The notes beneath the pieces were generated by a model. The model saw only the letters and a list, made by a program, of their open reading frames with translations, made no database searches and was not told the origin of the DNA. The position numbers and the translations under genes are program-made. Positions 56,003 through 63,780 of a stretch of 64,000 bases of DNA are shown piece after piece. Position 1 is the stretch's first letter; every line of letters begins with the position of its first letter. Source of the stretch: [Candidatus Thermochlorobacteriaceae] bacterium GBChlB (GTDB lineage Bacteria; Bacteroidota; Chlorobiia; Chlorobiales; Thermochlorobacteraceae); the NCBI GenBank assembly GCA_000724175.1, contig JPGV01000029.1, positions 11,379 to 75,378 on the forward strand. The letters run 5' to 3'.

Positions 56003-57268
56003 TCAGGGTTTTTGTTCATCAAGTCGTTTTGACGCAAGCCAAAGCGTTAGGGCGGAAATGCACAACACAATCGGGCAAACGAACAAGGCAGTTCTTAGCG
56101 CGGCGACTGCGCCCTGCGGCAGGAGTGCATCGCTCAGCGCGCCGACGATTGGTGGCGCAACGCCATAGCCGATGATGTTCACCACAAAAAAATACAGGGC
56201 AATTCCGATGCCGCGCAGCGACGTGCCAACAATGTCATGCACATCTGCTGCTGCCGGTCCCAGCCATGCCAGCGAGGCGCTCATCAACGCAAAATACAGC
56301 AGTTGAGCCGCAAGCAGATTTTCCGTCAAGAGAAACAGCGCCCACAATGCCGCCGACGCCAACGCGATGACGGACATCAGCAGCAAGCGACCGCCATTTT
56401 GCCGTTTTCGAAGTTCATCTGCACCGGCGCCGCCGAGAATTGTTCCGCCAAGTCCGCCGAGAATCACATACAAGGCAACCATAAATCCCACATCAGTTTT
56501 TGCCATGCCGAAGGCAGTGACGAAATACATCGGTAGCCAAATCGTCAGACTGTTTGCGGCAACGGCTAACCCAGCGTAGCCCATGTGGTGCAGCCAGAGC
56601 GTCGGCAACTTGAAGAGTGCCGTCCATTGCGCTGCGCTCATCGGGTTATGCTGTTCCAGAACGCCGCGCGTTGGTTCTCGCAGCAGCAGAACTAATACGG
56701 CAACTGGAATGCCTGAAAATCCGATGAGATAGAACGCCCATCGCCAACCGAGCGTGGCGTCAATTGCTGTTCCTGCAAAGAACGATAACGCCGTGCCACC
56801 TGCAATCGCCGAAGAATAAATCGCTTGAACGGTTGCTCGCATTTTCGGCGGAAAGTAATCGCTCAGTAAAGACAGCGCGGCTGGTCCTAATGTTGCTTCG
56901 CCCACACCCACCATCACGCGGCATAAAAAAAGTTGCCAGAAGTTTTCCGTCATACCCGAGACGCCGGAAAAAAAACTCCATACCGTTAGCCCTGCTGCAA
57001 TTAGTTTGGTGCGAGAGACGCTGTCGGCGAGTTTTCCAAACGGCAAGCCTAAGACGGTATAGAACAGCACAAACGCAGTTGTTCCAAGCAGCGCTGTTTC
57101 AAAGTTCGAGAGCGCAAATTCTTTTTTGACCGAAGTAAAAAGACTGACAAGCAAAATGCGGTCGGCGAAGTTCAACACATACACCGTGAAGAGCAACAGA
57201 AGCACATACCACGCATAGAGCGTCGTCTTTTGCTCTGGTGCTTCTGCTATGTTCGCTTGAGCCGTCAT
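56003..57268 (-). CDS. MFS transporter, Spinster-like (lipid-transporter-type) subfamily
   Basis: Start moved to MTAQANIAEAP (ATG at 57268) to remove the 26-nt overlap with the upstream gene. VLNFADRILLVSLFTSVKKEF.LS, GKLADSVSR, RVMVGVGEATLGPAALSLLSDYFPPKMR. Confidence 0.75.
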   Translation of the reverse strand: MTAQANIAEAPEQKTTLYAWYVLLLLFTVYVLNFADRILLVSLFTSVKKEFALSNFETALLGTTAFVLFYTVLGLPFGKLADSVSRTKLIAAGLTVWSFFSGVSGMTENFWQLFLCRVMVGVGEATLGPAALSLLSDYFPPKMRATVQAIYSSAIAGGTALSFFAGTAIDATLGWRWAFYLIGFSGIPVAVLVLLLREPTRGVLEQHNPMSAAQWTALFKLPTLWLHHMGYAGLAVAANSLTIWLPMYFVTAFGMAKTDVGFMVALYVILGGLGGTILGGAGADELRKRQNGGRLLLMSVIALASAALWALFLLTENLLAAQLLYFALMSASLAWLGPAAADVHDIVGTSLRGIGIALYFFVVNIIGYGVAPPIVGALSDALLPQGAVAALRTALFVCPIVLCISALTLWLASKRLDEQKP

Positions 57269-57281
57269 CGTTATTGTTGTT

Positions 57282-58271
57282 TTAGTATCGAAATGCTGCG
57301 CTTGCAAACGCCAAGCCGCCGCCTGAACCGATGAACACGATTAAGTCGCCGCGCTTAATTTTTCCCTGTTCAAGCGCATCGTGAAATGCCATTGGAATAC
57401 ACGCTGACCCTGTGTAGCCGAATCTGTCCATAACCGTATGCGCGCGCGCTCTGGCTACGCCCAGATTATCGAGGGTTTGCCAAATGCTGTTGATGTTGAT
57501 TTGTGTGAAAAAGTATTGCGCGACATCGTTGGGGTTGGCGTTCACTCGCGCGCATAGCGAGCGAATCATTTTGGTCCACATTTCCGCATTAAGTTCTTTT
57601 GGAAATTTTCGGACGAACTTCAAGAGATGGTCTTTCTGCAAGATGACTTTTTCCGTAATCGGCTCACGTGTTCCGCCCGCGTAAATCCCCATCCAATCGT
57701 GATACTGACCTTCGGTTAGAAGTTCGCTGGCGAGAAATCCGCGCTCTGTCGTTTTTCCCGCTTGAAGCAGCGCGGCGCCAGCGCCATCAGCAAAAAGTGT
57801 AACTGTTTTTTTATCGTGCAGGTCGAGGTATTTACTCATCGCATATGCGCCGACGACAAGCACGTTTTCGTATTGTTCATCGGAACGAATGTATTTGGCG
57901 GCGATGTCGAGCGCAGTTACAAATCCAGCGCACGCTGTATTGATGTCAAATGTTCCGGCGTGTTTTGCGCCAAGCCGATGTTGCACAACGGACGCCGTTG
58001 ATGGCGAGATATATTCGGGTGTGTCGGTAGCAATTATCAGCAAATCAATCTCTTCGGGAGAAATGGCTGCATTGGTCAAGGTAAGTCGTGCAGCTTTTTC
58101 GCAGAGATCAGCGGTCGATTCAGTTTCGCTGCACCAGCGCCGTTCGCGAATGGTAAGGTTTTGCACCAACCATGTGTCGACATCTTCGCCGAGCAGGTCG
58201 TTAAAATATGAGTTTGGCACGACGCGCTCCGGCACATAAACGCCGGACGCGGCAATCACTGCATTTGGCAT
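57282..58271 (-). CDS. KAS III (FabH)-like thiolase-fold enzyme with non-canonical active site (Cys retained; His->Thr, Asn->Tyr)
   Basis: 329 aa. Gap-free C-terminal alignment to E. coli FabH as recalled. NTAC114AGF aligns with AAAC112AGF. FFT256QIN aligns with VPH244QAN. GY286TGSA aligns with GN274TSAA. Ends GSGGGLAFASAAFRY. Confidence 0.85.
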   Translation of the reverse strand: MPNAVIAASGVYVPERVVPNSYFNDLLGEDVDTWLVQNLTIRERRWCSETESTADLCEKAARLTLTNAAISPEEIDLLIIATDTPEYISPSTASVVQHRLGAKHAGTFDINTACAGFVTALDIAAKYIRSDEQYENVLVVGAYAMSKYLDLHDKKTVTLFADGAGAALLQAGKTTERGFLASELLTEGQYHDWMGIYAGGTREPITEKVILQKDHLLKFVRKFPKELNAEMWTKMIRSLCARVNANPNDVAQYFFTQININSIWQTLDNLGVARARAHTVMDRFGYTGSACIPMAFHDALEQGKIKRGDLIVFIGSGGGLAFASAAFRY

Positions 58272-58317
58272 TGGTTCTCATTGTCTTAGACGTCGCACTT
58301 GGAACAGCGACGCTGCG

Positions 58318-59061
58318 TTATGAAATGTATCCGCCGTCAACGCTCAACACGGCACCAGTGATGAACGATGCATCGTCGGACGCCAGAAAACAATATGCGT
58401 TGGCAATGTCTTCCGTTTTACCTAATCGACCGAGCGGCGTGCGTTCTGTAACGCTGTTTAGCACTTTTTCAGGCACGCTTTGAATCATCTCTGTCTCGAT
58501 AAAACCGGGCGCAACGACATTAACCGTAATCCCTTTTTTGCCCAACTCTCGCGCCCAGACCCTTGTCATGCCAATCACGCCTGCCTTTGTTGCGACATAA
58601 TTTGTTTGACCGAAATTTCCGTAAATCCCTACAACCGACGCCGCATTGATGATTCGCCCGTATCCCTTTTCTGCCATGAACGCCGCAACGATTTTCGTGC
58701 AGTTAAATACGCCCGTTAGGTTTACATCAATAACTTGTTTCCACTGTTCTGGCGACATTTTCATCAGCGTCGCATCGCGCGTGATGCCCGCATTGTTGAT
58801 GAGAATATCAATGCGCCCGAAGCGTTCAATCGTCTTTTTAGCAGCAGTCTCGACGGAAGCGTAGTCGGCGACATTTGTGTCGAAAAATGCAGCAGTGACG
58901 TTTTTTGCGATAAGGTCTTTGACCACAACTTCTGCTTTTTCACGGCTGAGATCCCACAACGCCACGCTTGCGCCTTCATCAGCAAATTTCTCTGCCGTTG
59001 CTTTTCCAATGCCTTGTGCTCCGCCTGTTATGACGGCGACTTTATTTTTCAACCGGCTCAT
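58318..59061 (-). CDS. fabG: 3-oxoacyl-ACP reductase-type short-chain dehydrogenase (FabG-like)
   Basis: 247 aa. VAVITGGAQGIGKA, NNAGI, catalytic S...YVATKAG, PGFIETEM. Confidence 0.85.
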   Translation of the reverse strand: MSRLKNKVAVITGGAQGIGKATAEKFADEGASVALWDLSREKAEVVVKDLIAKNVTAAFFDTNVADYASVETAAKKTIERFGRIDILINNAGITRDATLMKMSPEQWKQVIDVNLTGVFNCTKIVAAFMAEKGYGRIINAASVVGIYGNFGQTNYVATKAGVIGMTRVWARELGKKGITVNVVAPGFIETEMIQSVPEKVLNSVTERTPLGRLGKTEDIANAYCFLASDDASFITGAVLSVDGGYIS

Positions 59062-59144
59062 CCTTAATTGGTTAAGGTTCTTTGGTCAGACTTTTTGATG
59101 TTTTGCGCGTTTGAAAAATATCAAACGATAATGATAAAAAAAAT

Positions 59145-59681
59145 TTATCGGGGAAATTTTTTTCTTTGCGCTGTTTGAGCTACCCCGTTTTCAAGCACAT
59201 GCTTTGCCTGCACTTTCGCCCATTCGGATAAAAACGCTTGATGATGCTTTTCCATCAACGAAAAAAATTCTTCCATCTCAGCAAGCCGACGACGGAGCAT
59301 ATCCAAGTCTCGGTCTTTGACCAGCGCTGCTTCTGCTCTCAATTGCTGCGCAATGCGAATGTTATTTTGAATCATCTCGTAGTGATTGCGAAAGGCGTTT
59401 TCAAACACGCTTGGTTGAAGTTCGTAATAATCTTGCCGCGAACTCGGCGTCCAGACTTTGCGCACCAAATTACGCTCGACGAGACGGCGCATGATTTGAC
59501 TGACTGGTCCTTTGCTGCGTCCCAACTGTTTGCAAATATCGGCGAGCGATATGGGTTCATCTGCAGAGAGCAATAATCCGATGATACGCCCCATCACTTT
59601 GTTCAGCCCAAATGCGTAGTATGCATCGCCGTATTCACGCACGACATCGCGCCGCACTTTCTCTTTTTCAGTTTTCATCAC
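59145..59681 (-). CDS. GbsR/MarR-family winged-helix transcriptional regulator
   Basis: 178 aa. FGLNKVMGRIIGLLLSADEPISLADICKQLGRSKGPVSQIMRRLVERNLVRKV is a wHTH, followed by a long C-terminal helical region. Confidence 0.7.
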   Translation of the reverse strand: MMKTEKEKVRRDVVREYGDAYYAFGLNKVMGRIIGLLLSADEPISLADICKQLGRSKGPVSQIMRRLVERNLVRKVWTPSSRQDYYELQPSVFENAFRNHYEMIQNNIRIAQQLRAEAALVKDRDLDMLRRRLAEMEEFFSLMEKHHQAFLSEWAKVQAKHVLENGVAQTAQRKKFPR

Positions 59682-59690
59682 CGTTCTTGA

Positions 59691-60491
59691 TTAAATCACC
59701 CGTGTGTCTTTGTCACTGACTGTTTTCAAGTCGCTCAGATAGTTTCGATACCAATTTACCCCCGCATACTTTTGGTTGAGTGCGAAAATCTCTGGCTTTG
59801 CTTCCAGCAACTTTAAAATGTCGTTCAAGGTAAATAACGGCTTGGCTGGCGTCCAAAGTTCGTCGTAGACCTTTTTGACAAATTCGTAATCCTCTTGGTA
59901 GTCAATCGTGAAGCGGTGCGACATTGAGTAGTTCAACCCTGTCTCCCATGCAACATTCATCAATCGAAACCGCTCTGGCTGTTCCCAAATAAACGGCGTC
60001 GTATGCTCGCGCTCGAAATCTTTTTTCGCCTCGCGCCATGCGGTTTCCAAGATGTTCATTGGCATTACTTCCACATCGTTGCCGTCGGGATATGTCGGCG
60101 GGTGAAGATTGCTCACGAAATCGATATGCTGATGCACAAGCAAAAACATATTCAGCACGCGGTCGATGACGTCGGGGTCGATGAGCGGACAATCGGACGG
60201 GATTTTCACAACCGCGTCGGCTTTTTCCTGCACTGCGGCTTGGTAGTGTCGGTCGAGCAAATCGGTCGGGTGTCCCGAAAAGCACTTGACGCCGATGGTT
60301 TTGCAGAGGTCGCGCACAGGGTCATCGCTCTGGTCAGTGGTTGTAGCGACAATGAGTTCAAACGGCGCGGTTGCGGCTTGAATACGCTCCACTTGCCGTT
60401 GCAACAGAGGTTTTCCGGCGAGCGGCACCAAAATCTTGTTCGGCAATCTTGACGAACCCGTGCGGGCTTGAACCACGACGAGAAGTTTCAT
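59691..60491 (-). CDS. cytidylyltransferase-fold protein (SpsF / acylneuraminate cytidylyltransferase-like)
   Basis: 266 aa. MKLLVVVQARTGSSRLPNKILVPLAGKPLL is the family-typical N-terminus. Its stop lies 9 nt from the regulator ATG. Confidence 0.7.
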   Translation of the reverse strand: MKLLVVVQARTGSSRLPNKILVPLAGKPLLQRQVERIQAATAPFELIVATTTDQSDDPVRDLCKTIGVKCFSGHPTDLLDRHYQAAVQEKADAVVKIPSDCPLIDPDVIDRVLNMFLLVHQHIDFVSNLHPPTYPDGNDVEVMPMNILETAWREAKKDFEREHTTPFIWEQPERFRLMNVAWETGLNYSMSHRFTIDYQEDYEFVKKVYDELWTPAKPLFTLNDILKLLEAKPEIFALNQKYAGVNWYRNYLSDLKTVSDKDTRVI

Positions 60492-60585
60492 GGCTAATGT
60501 TTTTTGGAAACAGCGTTTTTTATTTGTTTGTCTGCCGAAAATCGGGCACTTTTTGACTTAAAAGATAATTTAATTTTGTCCCTCG

Positions 60586-61288
60586 ATGAATATAAACAAC
60601 ATCGTTCATGGCGACTGCATCGAGACGCTTGAACAATTTGACGCAAACACATTCCAACTTATTATTGCAGACCCGCCGTATTTTCAGGTGCTGTTGGAAG
60701 AAGGCTGGGACAATCAGTGGAGGAACGACGCGGATTATTTCGCTCGCCTCAAAAGAATTGCCATTTCACGATATGATTATTTGGGACAGAGCGGTCGGTT
60801 ACAACGAGCGTTACGACAGTTTTACGCCATGCTACGAAATGATTTTAGCGTTGCGGAAATCCGACGATGCCAAACCGTATTTCAACAAAGATGCGGTTCG
60901 CCTGCCCTACAACGACGATAAAATTCAGACCTACTTGCGCGACAAACGCTACAAAGACAAAGCGGCGCGGCTCGCGCACTTGGAAAAAGGAAAATATGCG
61001 ACGAACATTTTGCGCGTCCCAAGTCTGAAAGGTTCATCGAAAGAAAAAGCCGGACATCCGTCGCAAAAGCCGATTAAACTCATTGAGCAGTTGATTCTTT
61101 CATCAAGCCGCCCTAACGACATCGTGTTGGATTTATTTTCAGGGTCGGGAACGACGGCACTTCTCGCCGAACAGTTCGGTCGGAAATGGATTGGCATCGA
61201 AACAGATAAAGAGTACATCGATATTGCCAACGCGCGCTTGGAGGCGTTGAGACAACGACAAGATTCGCCGCTTTTTAAAGACGCTTAA
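60586..61288 (+). pseudogene. N4/N6 DNA methyltransferase (beta-class, DPPY...FxGxG order) disrupted by internal deletion plus frameshift
   Basis: One frame (60586-60921) carries IVHGDCIETLEQF...LIIADPPYF (DPPY at 60670-60681) and GWDNQWRNDADYF. A second frame (60608-61288) carries LPFHDMIIWDR...HPSQKPIKLIEQLI...VLDLFSGSGTTALLAEQFGRKWIGIE (FSGSGTT at 61136-61156). The frames switch near 60740-60770, and the segment that normally holds the RVLKPxGS region is missing. Confidence 0.8.
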
Positions 61289-61516
61289 ATGTTCGCGGCG
61301 GCGCGAAAAACGGATTCGGCACAGATTTTCCAAAGTTTTGACGGACACGGGCAACGCACGCAACTCTTTTGGCACAATGCTCCTTGTGTTGAACTTTGCG
61401 GGAACATCCCATTTTTCCGTGTAGGAATCTTCAAATTCCTTGAAGAACATTTTTCTCACCCAATTCTGGAACTGAAACCCATGCGTTTGTACTTGCGTCA
61501 TCTGGCACTGGGTCAC
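61289..61516 (-). other. short ORF fragment, possibly the 5' remnant of the cognate restriction endonuclease gene
   Basis: Track ORF 61139-61516. Only the first ~75 codons (MTQVQTHGFQFQNWVRKMFFKEFEDSYTEKWDVPAKFN...) lie outside the methyltransferase. The remainder is antisense read-through of the MTase 3' end. No family recognised. Confidence 0.2.
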
Positions 61517-62562
61517 AGCGATTTGGTGAACAGATTATTGACCAGTTGAGGCGCATAGTCGGCGTTAATCCATTGCAGTGGCGCCTTTTGTTTCGAGTAG
61601 GTGGGCGCCTCCAAAAGTTCGCGGCAAACGTTCGCAATGTTCTTGGCTGATGTACCGTTGTTCTGAATTGGCGTCAGCCGCCGCAATTCCTCCAATGGAA
61701 ATTCCGAATAAACTTCTTTGCCGAGTGCCAAGCCGACATACACTGTTGAGGAGAAGCGTGTCATCAAGACGTCGCAATTGGCAATCATTTCCTCTGCGCT
61801 GCCCGATGTATAGACAAGCGCGTTTGGCGCGTATTTATTGATTTCCCGCGTTGCGCGCTCAAAGTTTTCGTTAGGGTGCAATTTAAAGATGAGCAGCCTG
61901 CCATCGGCGACCTTCAGCGCGTTTTCGATAATTTTTCGTCGATTTTCATACTTGTAGGTCTCGCGAGAATCGCTGGTGCAAACCAAGACAAAATGTTTGT
62001 GCGGGAATTGATTGTCGTAAAATTTCTTGCAGTTGTCGAAATTCGGGATTCCCGTTACGCGGATTTTTTCAGGCTTGACGCCCTTGCGAATAAAGAGGTC
62101 GCGGTAGCCTTCGGAGGCGACGCAGAAGTAATCGTAGCCGTCGCTCAGGCCCGTCGTCGATGTGCTGGCAAGGTATCGCGGCAAGAACGGAAAGAGCTTG
62201 ACGATGTGATACGCCAAGTGTTCGGGGTCGGTCATTCCTTCTTGAACCAGCACGACTTTTTTGTCGCGAATGTTTTTTTGAATAATTAAATCGGACGAGG
62301 TAACCACAAGGTCGTAATCGTTTTTCTTGCCCTGATAATCGACCTGTAAGTCGTGCACGTTAAGGTAGTTCATGCAACGAGCTACGTGTCTAAATCCTGC
62401 TGGCGTTACCTCGGCGAGTTTCATCTGACGGAGTTTTTCTTGAATGCCATCGCAGTAGTAGGGCGTAAACCAACAATCATGTTCCGAGAGCTCTTTGGCG
62501 ACTTGGTGCATTTGCGTGGTTTGATTCATTGAGCCGCCGATAAACAGAATTTTTTTTCTCAT
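61513..62562 (-). CDS. GT-B-like glycosyl-/glycerophospho-transferase (TagF/CDP-glycerol glycerophosphotransferase-like)
   Basis: 349 aa. KILFIGGSMNQTTQMHQV start, KPEKIRVTGIPNFDN (similar to the TagF-type V.TGYPR.D motif), LIFKLHPNE. Assignment is tentative. Confidence 0.4.
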   Translation of the reverse strand: MRKKILFIGGSMNQTTQMHQVAKELSEHDCWFTPYYCDGIQEKLRQMKLAEVTPAGFRHVARCMNYLNVHDLQVDYQGKKNDYDLVVTSSDLIIQKNIRDKKVVLVQEGMTDPEHLAYHIVKLFPFLPRYLASTSTTGLSDGYDYFCVASEGYRDLFIRKGVKPEKIRVTGIPNFDNCKKFYDNQFPHKHFVLVCTSDSRETYKYENRRKIIENALKVADGRLLIFKLHPNENFERATREINKYAPNALVYTSGSAEEMIANCDVLMTRFSSTVYVGLALGKEVYSEFPLEELRRLTPIQNNGTSAKNIANVCRELLEAPTYSKQKAPLQWINADYAPQLVNNLFTKSL

Positions 62563-62589
62563 TTCATCACAAATCGATTTGAACGTTTA

Positions 62590-63645
62590 TTAAGATGGCT
62601 GTATAAATGCTTCTTTCGGCTTGACGCCAGAGAAGAGCAACAGCGCGTATCCTATAAGTATCCAAAATACTTCTTTTGCGCGTTTCATCAATACAAACGC
62701 TGCGCCGACCGTCGGCGCGTCGGGCACGCCGAATGCGCCCAAGAACAACACATACCCCATGTCTTGAATTCCAATGCCCGCAGGCAGAAAGACAAACATT
62801 GAGCGCACGAACGACAACGCGGATTCCAACGTCAGAATCTCTATAAACCCCAATTCAATGCCGAGCAGTTTCATAATGAGAAATGTTTCTACCGACTCGA
62901 AAAACCACGCGCTGATGTAGAACAGCGCCGAAGTTACCACGTGCCGACGCTCGATATTTTGAAATCTTGAAAATTGTTTATCGATATCGAGAATGCGTTG
63001 TTCTTCCTTGATGAGCCACTCGCGCAGCCGTGTAATTGGCACGCGCAAGAACACTCGATGCAGCCGTTCTGCAATCGAGCCGTAGAGAAATGCCGCGCCA
63101 ACGCCGCCAAATCCCATCATCACCACAAGCGACGCCAAGAGCATCAGCCAAGGCAAGCCGCCAATGCCAATAATTTTGCTCGATATTGATGACAATGCTG
63201 CGTAGCCAACAATGACGCTCAAGACGATATAGACCGAATGCCCGATGCTCAGCAAACAGTTTCGCGCTACGCCCAGCGGAATGCTTTCAGAGACGGGAAC
63301 GCCGCAGCGTTTTTTCATCAAATACGGCTTAATTGATTCGGCGAGCGCAGTGCCGCCCGGCAAGCTCATCAGCATGGCTTCGGAAATGAGCTTAATGCCG
63401 AAGAGTTGCAGAAACGGCACGTCGCGCTCTAAGGTCGGGAACACGGCTTTCCAGCCAAGCGTGTCAAAAATGCTGGTAACGACATACGGAAGCGGAATAA
63501 GGAGCATCGCAATCCCAATATGCGAGATGAGCGTGCGGATTCTGTCCAAGTCTACGCCGCGAAAAAGATTGATGAACAGAAAAATTCCAAGCGAGAACGC
63601 CAGAAGTTTTAAGAATCCAAGTCCAAATTTTTGAGCGTGTTGCAT
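62590..63645 (-). CDS. flippase-like / lysyl-phosphatidylglycerol-synthase TM-domain (UPF0104) family membrane protein
   Basis: Start probably MQHAQKFGLGFLKLLAF (ATG at 63645). About 8 TM helices. An LKLLAFSLGIFLFINLFRGVDLDRI start and internal R..L..E repeat structure are typical of this family. Confidence 0.55.
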   Translation of the reverse strand: MQHAQKFGLGFLKLLAFSLGIFLFINLFRGVDLDRIRTLISHIGIAMLLIPLPYVVTSIFDTLGWKAVFPTLERDVPFLQLFGIKLISEAMLMSLPGGTALAESIKPYLMKKRCGVPVSESIPLGVARNCLLSIGHSVYIVLSVIVGYAALSSISSKIIGIGGLPWLMLLASLVVMMGFGGVGAAFLYGSIAERLHRVFLRVPITRLREWLIKEEQRILDIDKQFSRFQNIERRHVVTSALFYISAWFFESVETFLIMKLLGIELGFIEILTLESALSFVRSMFVFLPAGIGIQDMGYVLFLGAFGVPDAPTVGAAFVLMKRAKEVFWILIGYALLLFSGVKPKEAFIQPS

Positions 63646-63780
63646 GAGTTCGGCGACTCGTTCTTGACGGTGTTGTTTCCGGTAAGGCTGCAAGTTACTT
63701 CGAAATACACAATCGACCATCTGAAATTAAAAAGGCGTCCCAACTTGGAACGCCTTTTTCGCGTTATCTTTTCTTTTTTG

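Noticed and set aside
51245-59061. OleABCD-like olefin/beta-lactone cluster (thiolase-fold condensing enzyme, alpha/beta-hydrolase, AMP-ligase and SDR are all present)
   Set aside because: The hydrolase carries a lipoprotein signal, whereas OleB is cytoplasmic. The reductase is a 247-aa classical FabG-type SDR rather than the longer OleD type. The KAS III-like protein lacks the His/Asn that OleA retains. MFS, lipoprotein and OM-barrel genes are interleaved. The resemblance is probably superficial.
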